Virus record (IMG/VR): IMGVR_UViG_3300020392_000021
Span: 1 to 53,894 of that record
Direction: 5' to 3' (one strand)
Source of the DNA: a virus
Taxonomy: Duplodnaviria; Caudoviricetes
DNA: 53,894 nucleotides
Positions 19,628-30,156 of this stretch are shown in pieces. Position 1 is the stretch's first letter, and every line of letters starts with the position of its first letter. The notes under the pieces are model-generated. The model saw only the letters and a list, made by a program, of their open reading frames with translations, did no database searches and was not told the origin of the DNA. A program made the position numbers and the translations under genes.

Positions 19628-20168
19628 TAAAAACATCTATTTCTTTTCCTTCTGGATACATTTGTTTTAGAAGATATACTCTATGATTACCATCAGTTAT
19701 TATGTATTTATTATTTTTTATTGAAATTTTTACATAACTATTATTTTCAGGATTATATCCTTCTTTAGTTAATGAGTTATGAAGATCTCTCCAGTCATAG
19801 TAAAGGTAGTCAAAACTATCTTTATAAATAACCCATATATTAATATTTTTTTTTAGAAAAATATAATAGATGAGTTTAGGTAAAAATAAAGATAGTGGTA
19901 ATAATAATAATAATATTGGGTAATAAAAAAAATTGGTGTTCTTCATTTTATTTTTTAATTTTATAATTAAATTTATTCTTATAATAAAAAAAAAATTAAA
20001 ACAAAAATATATAATATTTTTTAAATGATGATAGGAAAATATAGAAGGTTTTTTTATAATAATTTTATTATCTTTTACTTCTAAAAAAAAACCTTTATTA
20101 TCAAAAATAGTAGTCATGTTATTTATATTGAAAGTCTTTTTCATATTACAAGTATAAAAAAAACCCAC
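19623..20168 (-). CDS. Membrane-anchored protein with ParB/Srx-like motif; true start uncertain (possibly 19946)
   Basis: ITDGNHRVYLLK motif; hydrophobic YPILLLLLPLSLFLP; extremely AT-rich. Confidence 0.5.
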   Translation of the reverse strand: MGFFYTCNMKKTFNINNMTTIFDNKGFFLEVKDNKIIIKKPSIFSYHHLKNIIYFCFNFFFIIRINLIIKLKNKMKNTNFFYYPILLLLLPLSLFLPKLIYYIFLKKNINIWVIYKDSFDYLYYDWRDLHNSLTKEGYNPENNSYVKISIKNNKYIITDGNHRVYLLKQMYPEGKEIDVFI

Positions 20169-20193
20169 AACAAGTAAAGTTATGGGTTTATTT
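20156..20193 (-). terminator. Intrinsic terminator after Hsp20
   Basis: AAACCCACAAC / GTTATGGGTTT imperfect stem with A-run. Confidence 0.55.
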
Positions 20194-20215
20194 TTCTTTA
20201 TAGTTATTAAATATT

Positions 20216-20674
20216 TTAAGCTATATCTACTGTTCTACTTCCTTTTTTATTTTTAGTTGGTGTTACTTTAGGTAAAAACAAAATAGTAATACCATTTTCA
20301 ACTTTTGCGTGTACTTCATCTAATACAACGTTTTCTGGTAAATTAAATGATCTAAAAAATTTAGATGTATGATATTCTTTAGAAATATATTCACCTTTAT
20401 CTTTTTTATTTTCAGTTTTTCTTTCACCTTTAACTTCTAAAACATTTTCTTCTATTTTAATAGTTAAATCCTTTTTAGTAAATCCTGGTGTCGATAATTC
20501 ATATCTATATGACCATTCATCTTCATATACGTTAGTAGATGGTGTGTTATCACTATAATCTTTTGTTTTAAGATTATTAGTTCTGATTCTTGGTAAACTA
20601 ATTTCATAACTTCTACCAAATAAATCATCGTTCATAAACTCTCTTAAAAATTCGTTTAAATTTCTATTATACAT
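20216..20674 (-). CDS. hsp20: Small heat-shock protein (Hsp20/alpha-crystallin)
   Basis: TNVYE..PGFTKKDLTIKIEENVLEVKGE..FFRSFNLPENV..AKVENGITILFLPK. Confidence 0.93.
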   Translation of the reverse strand: MYNRNLNEFLREFMNDDLFGRSYEISLPRIRTNNLKTKDYSDNTPSTNVYEDEWSYRYELSTPGFTKKDLTIKIEENVLEVKGERKTENKKDKGEYISKEYHTSKFFRSFNLPENVVLDEVHAKVENGITILFLPKVTPTKNKKGSRTVDIA

Positions 20675-20713
20675 TTTTTTTATTTTAAATTATTATTATT
20701 ATAAACTAATATA

Positions 20714-20754
20714 ATCAAAATAAATGCCAATAGAATTTTTGTGACATTTTGTCA
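20714..20754 (-). promoter_or_regulatory. Putative sigma54-like promoter plus TGACA-N3-TGTCA palindrome upstream of hsp20
   Basis: Minus strand TGACAAAATGTCA (20742-20754) then TGGCATTTATTTTGAT. Confidence 0.45.
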
Positions 20755-21678
20755 TTAAGGGTTATTTATGTGTTTACCTTTTATTTTATAATAGTTTACA
20801 TCAATACCCTTTTCCTCTAATAAATTTTTAGGGATATATAATTCTCCTGTTTCTAAATAGTGATTCATTCTTTTTCTTCCGAAATTAATATTAAATTCTA
20901 CTAAGTCGACACCAATAAAGTTTCTATTGTTTTTTAATGAGGCTACACCTGTTGTTGATGACCCAGCGAATGGATCTAAAACCACATCGTTTTCATTACT
21001 ACCTATTTTAACAAACCATTCCGCCAATTCAACACTAAATGGTGCGGGATGTAGAATTCCTGGATTTGTTTCTGACGCAGCAATTACAACATTGTGTGGT
21101 AAAGAACCTTTTTTATTTAACTCTCTCATTTGTGAATCATATACACCATCTCTAGAATTAATTGTAGTGACTGGTTTTTTGAATCTTTTTTTGGTAACTT
21201 CTGAATGTTCTGTTCTACAGTTATCTGCAACAAATTTAGGTTTATTAGAATTAGAAAAGTGAAACACATATTCATATCTATCTATTGCCCTATATTTGCA
21301 ATTGGTTGGTATAGCGTTTTTCTTAAACCATATATACGGTTTAGCAACCATATACCATCCCTGTCTTCTCATTTTATATTTTAATTCATCAATCACAGGA
21401 TGTACTACTCCATTATCTATTTTATCATTAATATTTAAGAAAAAACTACCATTGGGTTTTAATACTTTTAAAAATAATTCTGTAAACTCTAAAAACCAAT
21501 CGGCATAATCATCAACATGTATAGATCCGATTTCTCCATCATCATTACCACTATAATTTTTTCTCATTGAGAAATAGGGTGGTGATGTGAATATCATATC
21601 TACTTTTTGATTTTCTTTTATCATAGTAGAAATTATTTTTTTTGTGTCTCCTAAATGTAATTTATATTGACTTTCCAT
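20755..21678 (-). CDS. Site-specific DNA methyltransferase (N4-C/N6-A, beta class)
   Basis: FTSPPY catalytic motif N-terminal to VLDPFAGSSTT SAM-binding motif; HPAPF. Confidence 0.9.
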   Translation of the reverse strand: MESQYKLHLGDTKKIISTMIKENQKVDMIFTSPPYFSMRKNYSGNDDGEIGSIHVDDYADWFLEFTELFLKVLKPNGSFFLNINDKIDNGVVHPVIDELKYKMRRQGWYMVAKPYIWFKKNAIPTNCKYRAIDRYEYVFHFSNSNKPKFVADNCRTEHSEVTKKRFKKPVTTINSRDGVYDSQMRELNKKGSLPHNVVIAASETNPGILHPAPFSVELAEWFVKIGSNENDVVLDPFAGSSTTGVASLKNNRNFIGVDLVEFNINFGRKRMNHYLETGELYIPKNLLEEKGIDVNYYKIKGKHINNP

Positions 21679-21700
21679 AATTTATTTTATATCTTTAATA

Positions 21701-21732
21701 CAAATATAGAGATATTTATATAAAAAAACAAA
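21701..21732 (-). promoter_or_regulatory. Bacteroidota promoter for the MTase, overlapping a plus-strand TATTTAT motif (21713-21719) for clpC
   Basis: TTTG-N20-TATATTTG on minus strand. Confidence 0.65.
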
Positions 21733-21738
21733 TTAAGT

Positions 21739-24207
21739 ATGAAGAAAGTACAACCAAAGGTTAAAAAAATCATAAATAAGTCTATAGAAGAGGCTAAATT
21801 GTATGGTGATGTGGAAATTAATATAGAACATATTATTATTGCCTTAATCAATGATTATGATAATGAAGCAATAAAATATTTAATTGAGTTGGGTGTAGAT
21901 ATTAATAAACTACACGGTAAGATTGAAAAAATAGTATATTCACCAACAGAAGACGACACTATTATAAATTTATCTTTATTACCTATGTCAAAATACACTA
22001 AAAAAATTATTGCAGATGCTGAAATAGAGTGTGATAAATTAAAAGAACTATATCTTAATACTGCACATATAATGTTATCGATACTAAAAGAAAAAAATAA
22101 TGTAAGTAAAATATTGGAAAAAATGGGAGCAAACTATAAAGATTATAAAAAAACTGTAAAGAAACATCTTATTGAGGATTCTTTTGATTCTATGGACGAA
22201 GAAGAAAACATGTTTAGTAATAGACCACCAAAAAAGAAAAATAAAAATTCTGGTACACCTATATTAGATAATTTTTCTGTAGATGTAACTAAAAAAGCGT
22301 CAGAAGGTAAAATTGATCCTGTAATTGGTAGGGATGATGTAATTCAGAGAGTTGCACAAATATTGTCTAGAAAGAAAAAAAATAATCCTGTTTTAATTGG
22401 TGATCCTGGAGTTGGTAAAACTACAGTTATTGAGGGGTTAGCATTAAAAATAAATGAGGGTGATGCACCAAGAACATTATTGGATAAAAGATTAATTTCT
22501 TTAGATTTAACTTCATTAGTTGCTGGTACTAAATATAGGGGACAATTCGAAGAAAGAATCAAAGGATTAGTAGATGAGTTAGTTGATGTTGACAATATTA
22601 TATTATTTATTGACGAGTTACATACTTTAGTAGGTGCTGGTAACGCATCTGGTTCTATGGATGCGGCTAATGTATTAAAACCAGCTTTATCTAGAGGAGA
22701 TATTCAGATAATAGGTGCAACTACGTTAGATGAGTTTAGAGAACACATAGAAAAAGATGGGGCACTAACTAGAAGATTTCAACAGGTAGTCATTGAACCC
22801 CCTTCAATAAGTGAAACAATAGAAATATTAGAAAAGATTAAATCTTCATATGAAAAATATCACAAAGTTAGTTATTTAGAAGATACCATAATTCAATGTG
22901 TTAAATTAGCAGATAGATATGTTACTGATAGAGAATTTCCTGATAAAGCTATTGATATTATGGATGAGGTTGGTGCTAGATCACAAGTTAATGCAAAACC
23001 ACCTAAAATAATTAGTGACTTAGAACAAGAAATTGTTTCTATTAAAGATGAAAAAAATAGAGTAGTTAGGAGTCAGAAATATGAAGAAGCTGCAAAATTA
23101 AGAGATAAAGAAAGACAAGTTATTGATAAATTAGAAAGTAGAAAAGAAGAATGGAAAAATAATTTAGATAAAAAAAGAACAATAATCAATCCAGAAGACG
23201 TTAGCGAAGTAGTGGCAACTATGACTGGTATACCACTAAAAAGACTTACCAACGATGAAGGTAAAAGATTATTAGGTATGGAGAAAGAGATGAAAGGTAG
23301 TGTTATAGGACAAGATGATGCAGTAGTTAAAATTGCTAAGTCATTAAGAAGAAATAGGGTAGGTATTAGAAACCCTAAAAAACCTATTGGTACATTTATG
23401 TTCTTAGGACCTACAGGTACAGGTAAAACACACTTAGCCAAAAAACTTGCACAATATATGTTCGGTGATGAAGATTCACTAATAAGGATTGATATGTCAG
23501 AATATCAAGAGAAACACGCACTTTCTAGAATGGTAGGTGCACCTCCAGGATATGTAGGACACGAAGAAGGTGGGCAACTTACAGAAAAAGTAAGAAGAAA
23601 ACCATATTCAATAATTCTATTTGATGAGATTGAGAAAGCACATAAAGATATCTACAATGTTTTATTACAATTGTTGGATGATGGACAATTAACAGATAGT
23701 TTAGGTAGAAAAGTTAACTTTAAAAACTGTATGGTTATTATGACATCAAATGTAGGAATTAAAAAATTACAAGAGTTCGGTAGCGGTGTTGGTTTCAGTA
23801 CAAAAAGTTTAGAGAAAAATAAAGATCAAGAGAAGTCTAATTTTCTTAATAAAGAATTAAAGAAACATTTCCCACCAGAATTTTTAAATAGATTAGATGA
23901 TGTGGTTATATTTAATTCACTTAAATCAAATGAAATTAAAAAAATAGTAGAATTAGAAGTAGTTGCAATAACTAAACGTATTAAAGAGTTAGGGTTTGGT
24001 TTAAAAATATTAAAATCTGCAAAAGACTTTTTAAGTGAGGTTGGGTATGATGAAGAATATGGTGCAAGACCACTTAATCGAGCAATACAAAAATATATTG
24101 AAGACCCAATATCAGAAGAAATATTAAAAGATAATATTAAAGAAGGACAAACTATTATGGTATCATATAGTAAGGTAAAAGAAAAGATAGACGTTAAGGT
24201 AATTTAA
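21739..24207 (+). CDS. clpC: ATP-dependent Clp protease ATPase subunit ClpC
   Basis: Clp N repeats, GDPGVGKT and GPTGTGKT Walker A motifs, UVR middle domain (QKYEEAAKLRD), GVGF ClpP-docking loop, GARPL. Confidence 0.93.
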   Translation: MKKVQPKVKKIINKSIEEAKLYGDVEINIEHIIIALINDYDNEAIKYLIELGVDINKLHGKIEKIVYSPTEDDTIINLSLLPMSKYTKKIIADAEIECDKLKELYLNTAHIMLSILKEKNNVSKILEKMGANYKDYKKTVKKHLIEDSFDSMDEEENMFSNRPPKKKNKNSGTPILDNFSVDVTKKASEGKIDPVIGRDDVIQRVAQILSRKKKNNPVLIGDPGVGKTTVIEGLALKINEGDAPRTLLDKRLISLDLTSLVAGTKYRGQFEERIKGLVDELVDVDNIILFIDELHTLVGAGNASGSMDAANVLKPALSRGDIQIIGATTLDEFREHIEKDGALTRRFQQVVIEPPSISETIEILEKIKSSYEKYHKVSYLEDTIIQCVKLADRYVTDREFPDKAIDIMDEVGARSQVNAKPPKIISDLEQEIVSIKDEKNRVVRSQKYEEAAKLRDKERQVIDKLESRKEEWKNNLDKKRTIINPEDVSEVVATMTGIPLKRLTNDEGKRLLGMEKEMKGSVIGQDDAVVKIAKSLRRNRVGIRNPKKPIGTFMFLGPTGTGKTHLAKKLAQYMFGDEDSLIRIDMSEYQEKHALSRMVGAPPGYVGHEEGGQLTEKVRRKPYSIILFDEIEKAHKDIYNVLLQLLDDGQLTDSLGRKVNFKNCMVIMTSNVGIKKLQEFGSGVGFSTKSLEKNKDQEKSNFLNKELKKHFPPEFLNRLDDVVIFNSLKSNEIKKIVELEVVAITKRIKELGFGLKILKSAKDFLSEVGYDEEYGARPLNRAIQKYIEDPISEEILKDNIKEGQTIMVSYSKVKEKIDVKVI

Positions 24208-24217
24208 TAGTATTTTA

Positions 24218-24249
24218 TTTGGTAGATTAAAATATTTTTCTTATATTTG
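24218..24249 (+). promoter_or_regulatory. Bacteroidota primary-sigma promoter
   Basis: TTTG-N20-TATATTTG. Confidence 0.75.
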
Positions 24250-24264
24250 TATAAATCAAACAAT

Positions 24265-24888
24265 ATGAAAAAGTTAATCACATTATTATTAGTATTAGTA
24301 ACACTAAACAGTTATAGTCAGTCTAAGAGAGAAGTTTACGATTATTATGAAGAAATAACCCACTATACAGAGTGTTGTGGTAGAAAAAAACCGTGTAAAT
24401 TTGAGAAGGACGTTAAAATATATGTAGATGGCGTTAAAAAACCTTATTTAATAACAGAGTTGAATAAGATTGTTGGTGAATTGAATGATTTAATTGAATC
24501 AATTAATATTTCTATAGTTAATGATAGTTCAGAATCTAATGTTTATCTATTTTTTGGGAATGCTGACGATTTTGCAGATAATTTGAACGATTCTGATAGA
24601 TGGAAGAAACATATTAGAAAAAGAGCAAAAAAATGTAACGGACTTTTCGTAATCACAACAAATTATAATAAAGATTACATAAAACATTCCGAAGTATTTA
24701 TAGATTTAGAAGCGGGTAATAGTATCAACAAAGAAAAACATACACTACGAGAAGAAATTACACAATGTTTAGGACTAACTAACGATTCTTATAAATATGA
24801 TGATAGTATATTTTATCAATTAAATAATGAAGTGACAAAATATTCAAAAATAGATAAAAAGATTATTAAATTATTTTATAACGAATAA
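24265..24888 (+). CDS. Secreted DUF2927-like protein, paralogue of 42695..43291
   Basis: Signal peptide MKKLITLLLVLVTLNSYSQ; HTLREEITQCLGLTNDS...SIFY. Confidence 0.7.
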   Translation: MKKLITLLLVLVTLNSYSQSKREVYDYYEEITHYTECCGRKKPCKFEKDVKIYVDGVKKPYLITELNKIVGELNDLIESINISIVNDSSESNVYLFFGNADDFADNLNDSDRWKKHIRKRAKKCNGLFVITTNYNKDYIKHSEVFIDLEAGNSINKEKHTLREEITQCLGLTNDSYKYDDSIFYQLNNEVTKYSKIDKKIIKLFYNE

Positions 24889-24891
24889 TCA

Positions 24892-26175
24892 TTAATTATT
24901 CTTCATTTTTTGTATTTTTCTTTCATGATTCTTATCTTTACGGGTTAACTTTCCTTGATCAAAGAAAACACAACTATATTTTCTTTTTTTATAGTTTTTT
25001 TGTTTATACTTTTTATCCCAGTTAGTAAGAATTTTAGGTAAGTATATAGTCAATGGTGATCTGTAACTACTAAAAGTAATTTTATAGTCTTCAAATTCCA
25101 ATGAATCTCCTTCATCCTCACCCTCTTCTTTTGGGTCTACACAATGGTTTATAATTACATCTAATTTTACATTACAATACTTATGTTTTTCATATTCTTC
25201 AATACTACCATATGGTTTACCTTTGATGTTTCTATCTTCTTCTGTTGCGTTTTCTATTTTACTGCCGTGACTACCATTTTTAGAAACTTCATATCCTTTC
25301 GGTGGATTTGGACCTGATGAACCATCACCATTTTCACCATCAAATTTTTGGTTTATTTTAGTATTACCATCTATTGCTACACCAATACTTTTTAATTGAT
25401 TAGTTATATATTCTAATGCGGAGGTATTACGTTTTTTAGATAATTCAAGCCAAGTATGGGATTCACCATTTCTTAATCTTGAAGCGGACGTACTAATAGA
25501 AATATTATCTAAGTATGCACGATCTTCTTCGTCATCACAATTAAAGTCAGACATAGCATCCTTCAATACCGAAATTATTTTTTCACTAACCTCCTTCTTT
25601 AATAAATCAGTAACTTCCCATTCATCATTTTCAAAATATTCAGATGAGGGAGTACCACTAAATGGTAATGAAATATTAAACCCAGGATATTCGTTAGGTG
25701 GTGTAGGTGGGGTAGTATCTTCTCTTTTAGTTTCACCTAATTCTACCTTTTGCCACTTATATTTTTTATAAGTTTCATTAAATCTTTCTAGAGACGCAAC
25801 TGCAAAACCTTTTTGTTTTTGACATTCTTCATCACAATCAGATAAACTCTTATCAGAATTTTTAAGGGATTCCCATATATTTTTAGAGTCAACCCCCATT
25901 TTACTAGTAATTCTACCATCTTTTTTTAAAAACTTATCCCATAATTCTTGATTCAAATTAGGTTTAAGTTGTCCCATTTCTAAACTTTCATTACCCTGTC
26001 TTTTTTTTCTTAGGGTAATTGGTTTACCTTTACCCCAGTCAAATGATATATATTTTCTTTTAGTACCGATTCTGGTTTGTTCATCTAATGTATCACTATA
26101 AGAAGTTCCAGACTTATAATCTAATAAAGTCTGCATTCTTTTTAATTCTTCGTTTAATGTTTTAATTTTTTTCAT
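24892..26175 (-). CDS. Leader-bearing protein with OmpA-C-like motif
   Basis: Start MKKIKTLNEELKRMQTLL; ISISTSASR..ELSKKRNTSALEYI; NGDGSSGPNPP shared with neighbour. Confidence 0.65.
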   Translation of the reverse strand: MKKIKTLNEELKRMQTLLDYKSGTSYSDTLDEQTRIGTKRKYISFDWGKGKPITLRKKRQGNESLEMGQLKPNLNQELWDKFLKKDGRITSKMGVDSKNIWESLKNSDKSLSDCDEECQKQKGFAVASLERFNETYKKYKWQKVELGETKREDTTPPTPPNEYPGFNISLPFSGTPSSEYFENDEWEVTDLLKKEVSEKIISVLKDAMSDFNCDDEEDRAYLDNISISTSASRLRNGESHTWLELSKKRNTSALEYITNQLKSIGVAIDGNTKINQKFDGENGDGSSGPNPPKGYEVSKNGSHGSKIENATEEDRNIKGKPYGSIEEYEKHKYCNVKLDVIINHCVDPKEEGEDEGDSLEFEDYKITFSSYRSPLTIYLPKILTNWDKKYKQKNYKKRKYSCVFFDQGKLTRKDKNHERKIQKMKNN

Positions 26176-26185
26176 AACATTTTTT

Positions 26186-28090
26186 TTATCCACCGAAAGC
26201 TTCACATTTAGTATCACCCCATTTTTTACCATCACCACCGCCACCACTATCTTTGGCTTTTTTCCTAAAATTGAATCTTAGTGTTGGGAATTTTAATTCG
26301 AATGGTCTTTTACCTGGTGCAAAAAATGAAATTGGGTATGATACGTTTTCTACTTCTATAACATCAAGTTTATCGTCACCACCTTCTTCTTTTTTATCAC
26401 CATCTGGATCTACAGGTGTAGTGTCATTGAAAACTAATTCTACAATACCTTTAACAAATTTATATTTATCATAATCTACAGAAGTTGCATGTGGTGCACC
26501 TGCTTGATCTCTATTTATCTCTTTACCATTTATTATACAACTATCTGGAAAACCATCCATATCAGGATCACCTTCTTTAAACCTACAATTATCACTCATA
26601 GATACCCCCTTACCAACAGGTACAAAAGATTTATTTTTTGGGGGGTTAGGACCTCTACTACCGTCACCATTACTACCTTCAGTTACAAATTTCCAACCTT
26701 CACCTTCTGCAACTATGTCTGTACCATCATATTTATATATTTCTTTAAAGTCTTCATGTTTTACTGCACCTAACTTTTCTAACCATTGAAAGATGTAATC
26801 TTTCATAGTTGTTAGTCTTTTTTGTGCTAACTCCTCAAACGTAAGTGGTCCAGTACCACATGTTTTAGATTCAGCATTTCTATAACGTGAACAAGAAGAT
26901 ACTATCACAATTTGTTTTACCGCACATTTGGGTTGCCCTTCTGGTGGGTTAAGTACACTAATTATTTTTTGATAATCTTCCATTTGTTTATCTATCGCCT
27001 GAAATAAATCACCTGCAGCTTGAGGACACCATTCATTATCAGCAAACAAATTAGTATCACTATTAAATTTTGGTAATTGTGTGGTAACTCTTGGAAACAC
27101 CTTTTTTTCTTCATCCTTATCTCCATCTTTCTCCTTTGGAAAGTATTTAAGAAGGGTTTCTGTATCTCTACCCACAGTAACTGTTTTCCATTTAGTTATA
27201 GGGTTGGTTTTAGTAAAATATTCAACCGAAGCCACTGCAAATCCTAAGTCTATCTTCTTTTGTTCTTCGTCTTTACCTTTGGTTGATGTTAACATTTGCC
27301 ACTTACCTTTAGAATACTTACTCATTTTTTTAATCATTTTTCTAGCATCTTTAGATGTTAATACATTTGCCCAATCCTCTTCGGGTGCATTAGGTGTAAA
27401 ATCTTCTGTCGAATCCATACTATGTGATTTAGAAGGTTTATACTTACCAATTTTCCATGAATGAGCATAACCAAAATCTATGCTTTTACCATCAATCCAT
27501 TTTGCTTTTAATTGCTTAGTAAAATGTCTACGAACTTTTTTGGAAAACTCTTTAAATTTTCTTCCGATTTTTTTACCCACTTCTCTAAGATATTTTTTGA
27601 ACCTACGCACCCCATTCCCGATTGAGTCCCAAATATTCCAATTTTTAATTTTCCTTTTAAGTTTCCTAAATCTTCTTTCCCACCAGTTCCACCACTTGGT
27701 ATCAACTAAATACTGTTCATTTAAATTTTCTTCACTATCACCACCGAGTAACTTATCAAAATACAAATAAATATATGAAAGATATTGGTTTGCTTCTTCT
27801 TGTTCACCTTTAAAATTTTTATACAAAGAATGTATAAATTTCATAAATAAATCCTCTTTTTCATTATCATTCATTTCGTCATTTTTCTCTTCTTGTTCAT
27901 TTAGATAAACAGATTCGGATAAAGTTTCTGATATTATTTCTTTATGCAAAGTTAATGCGTTTTCGTACGTCCAAAACATAGGATTAGAATATTTCATATT
28001 TTCTTCTGATAAAACATTATGTGAATTATCCTCATAGGTAAACCCTATAAGTGTTCGCATACGTTTTTGTTCTTCTATAAGTGATTTCAT
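26186..28090 (-). CDS. Leader-bearing protein with OmpA-C-like motif, tandem paralogue of 24892..26175
   Basis: MKSLIEEQKRMRTLIGF; GFAVASVE, F.DNEW, IVSSCSR..ELAQKRLTTMKDYI, NGDGSRGPNPP. Confidence 0.7.
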   Translation of the reverse strand: MKSLIEEQKRMRTLIGFTYEDNSHNVLSEENMKYSNPMFWTYENALTLHKEIISETLSESVYLNEQEEKNDEMNDNEKEDLFMKFIHSLYKNFKGEQEEANQYLSYIYLYFDKLLGGDSEENLNEQYLVDTKWWNWWERRFRKLKRKIKNWNIWDSIGNGVRRFKKYLREVGKKIGRKFKEFSKKVRRHFTKQLKAKWIDGKSIDFGYAHSWKIGKYKPSKSHSMDSTEDFTPNAPEEDWANVLTSKDARKMIKKMSKYSKGKWQMLTSTKGKDEEQKKIDLGFAVASVEYFTKTNPITKWKTVTVGRDTETLLKYFPKEKDGDKDEEKKVFPRVTTQLPKFNSDTNLFADNEWCPQAAGDLFQAIDKQMEDYQKIISVLNPPEGQPKCAVKQIVIVSSCSRYRNAESKTCGTGPLTFEELAQKRLTTMKDYIFQWLEKLGAVKHEDFKEIYKYDGTDIVAEGEGWKFVTEGSNGDGSRGPNPPKNKSFVPVGKGVSMSDNCRFKEGDPDMDGFPDSCIINGKEINRDQAGAPHATSVDYDKYKFVKGIVELVFNDTTPVDPDGDKKEEGGDDKLDVIEVENVSYPISFFAPGKRPFELKFPTLRFNFRKKAKDSGGGGDGKKWGDTKCEAFGG

Positions 28091-28100
28091 AGGTTAATTT

Positions 28101-28235
28101 TTACTTTCTACGGGCAACTCTTCTTTTTGACTCATTTATTTTTCTTTTCTTTTCAGATTTAACTTGATTTACAATGTTTTCGATTAAAGTAACCATTTCA
28201 GATTCTGTTAATCTAACTGTTTTTTTATTTGACAT
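28101..28235 (-). CDS. 44-aa leader-only micropeptide
   Basis: Hand-translated MSNKKTVRLTESEMVTLIENIVNQVKSEKKRKINESKRRVARRK; TATTTAT motif at 28272-28278. Confidence 0.7.
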   Translation of the reverse strand: MSNKKTVRLTESEMVTLIENIVNQVKSEKKRKINESKRRVARRK

Positions 28236-28304
28236 GTCTTATTATTTTTATAATATATGTTATTATATACTATAAATATATTAATAAAATAAAAAAATTA
28301 AATT

Positions 28305-28460
28305 TTAATTTGTTTTTAGAACGTTATAGATTTTAATTAAATCTAATTCACTTAAATTTTTAACTGCTGCAAAATAAATAATTGCTAATTCTAAACTGTG
28401 TGTATAGTGTGAATGTATAACTTCTTCAGTTTCTTTATGTGTTAAAATATATTTTCCCAT
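28305..28460 (-). CDS. Small hypothetical protein (51 aa)
   Basis: Hand-translated MGKYILTHKETEEVIHSHY...; TATTTAT motif at 28471-28477. Confidence 0.6.
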   Translation of the reverse strand: MGKYILTHKETEEVIHSHYTHSLELAIIYFAAVKNLSELDLIKIYNVLKTN

Positions 28461-28503
28461 ATCTCTTTTTATAAATATAAGAATAAATAATTACAAACTC
28501 AAA

Positions 28504-30129
28504 TTAGGCAACTAAATATCCTATACCATTAGGATCCTCTAAAAACGTATTCCACTCTTTTTGGTTTTCAGGCGATAACTGATTCACATCAATAGAACCA
28601 ACAAATCTCGCCAATCTTTCATTCACTAATTGATTTAGTGGTTCTATATTAATTTTAGTTACTGGGTTTTCTTGTAAATTAATTACGAACATATTTTTAA
28701 ATTTTCCGTATCCTTCTAAAGGTGCTTCAGTTATTTGGTTACCTTTCATAGTTAATACTTCTATATTATCAGGTAAATGTTCTGGAGATGGTAATCTCTT
28801 TAATCCACAATTATTACAAGATATTCTTTCTGCTTTTTTAAATTCTGAAACATCTGGAAAAACTTTTAAGTCCATATCACTAAAGTCTAAAGTCCCCATA
28901 TCTTTATTAAGATAATCAGTAATTTCTACACCTTCAGTATTTTCCATTAACCACTTTAAGTATTTATTATTTTGTAATGCCCCTTGTTGTTCACTCGCCA
29001 ATTTACGTATTGACTGGACACCTGCATCCCATACTTCGTCATCAATGACATCTTTAATGTCACCACCAAATTTAGTTAAATATTTTAGATATTTACTATC
29101 CATTAATCCAGAACCATTTCTAATATCACCAGTTGCTAATGCACCTAATTCCTTTTTAAAGAAATCAGTTAGTCCACTAAATTTAGATAATACATTAGGT
29201 AATTCACCCCTTTCAATACTTCTATTATTTTTATCATGCAATTGTCCAGATTCAAAATGGAATTGTAACGGATACATTTCTTCATCATCACCATCAAATA
29301 ACTTCTTAGGCATTACCACATAGTAATCAGATAAACTACCATCTGGTTTAGGATTATTTCTTCTATAAGAATCGAAATAACTATTTCCTTCCCTTCTAGT
29401 ACACCAAGATGCTAAATTACCTAATGGTTCACAACTAGATTCGATAGTCTGTGGTGTATAAACTAATACATCATTATCTCTATATGCTAACTTAGCGTGT
29501 CCTAAGTCTATATATTTTTTTAGTTTACCCCATAATCCACCATCACCTTCATCGTCTGCGCCTATAAATGGGCTAACTATTGAGTATAGGTGTGCTAAAT
29601 CGTTATATTGTGTAATATCACTTACGTTTTCTGGTGCGTTTGGTCTATTAGGTGCACCAGTTTTAAATACCTTTTTCTTCCTTACCTTATCAAACACTTC
29701 TAAGTATTCATTTGCTTCAGGTAAATCTTCAGTTAAAAATCTAATTGCTTGATCAACATCTCCATCTTTTAAATGTCTCATAAATACAGTAATCATCCAT
29801 TGTACGAATTCTTTTTTATTAGTTGGGTCAGATTCAACAATGTCAACAAATATATCATCAGTAAGAACTACTTTACTTTTACCTTTTTTATTTGTTACTA
29901 TATATGCAATGTCCAATCCATCATGATCTTGTATAGGTTCTAACTTTTCTTTAGGTTTTCCCATTCCACCTGCGGGTCTATCACCATCTTCGAATTCTTT
30001 TTCGTCATTCTTACCATCTGTTGCTTTATCCAACAATTTTGGATCTATTACGAACTGACTTCTTAAAAAATCTACTCTATCTTCCCTTAATAGAATAGTA
30101 TATTGATTTTCACTAATTACGTATTTCAT
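28504..30129 (-). CDS. Leader-bearing protein with central WCT-motif domain and C-terminal leucine-rich repeats
   Basis: MKYVISENQYTILLRE; ASWCT..YFDSY; LxxLxLxxNxI-type repeats (IEVLTMKGNQI, FVINLQENPV). Confidence 0.75.
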   Translation of the reverse strand: MKYVISENQYTILLREDRVDFLRSQFVIDPKLLDKATDGKNDEKEFEDGDRPAGGMGKPKEKLEPIQDHDGLDIAYIVTNKKGKSKVVLTDDIFVDIVESDPTNKKEFVQWMITVFMRHLKDGDVDQAIRFLTEDLPEANEYLEVFDKVRKKKVFKTGAPNRPNAPENVSDITQYNDLAHLYSIVSPFIGADDEGDGGLWGKLKKYIDLGHAKLAYRDNDVLVYTPQTIESSCEPLGNLASWCTRREGNSYFDSYRRNNPKPDGSLSDYYVVMPKKLFDGDDEEMYPLQFHFESGQLHDKNNRSIERGELPNVLSKFSGLTDFFKKELGALATGDIRNGSGLMDSKYLKYLTKFGGDIKDVIDDEVWDAGVQSIRKLASEQQGALQNNKYLKWLMENTEGVEITDYLNKDMGTLDFSDMDLKVFPDVSEFKKAERISCNNCGLKRLPSPEHLPDNIEVLTMKGNQITEAPLEGYGKFKNMFVINLQENPVTKINIEPLNQLVNERLARFVGSIDVNQLSPENQKEWNTFLEDPNGIGYLVA

Positions 30130-30156
30130 TTTATAATCTTTTTATATAAATATATA

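Noticed and set aside
20755-21678. Complete restriction-modification system
   Set aside because: No recognisable cognate endonuclease adjacent; treated as an orphan methyltransferase
21739-24207. Bacterial chromosome or host contamination suggested by clpC, hsp20 and the M43 protease
   Set aside because: These genes are interleaved with phage genes, share the same composition, and clpC carries the phage TATTTAT motif
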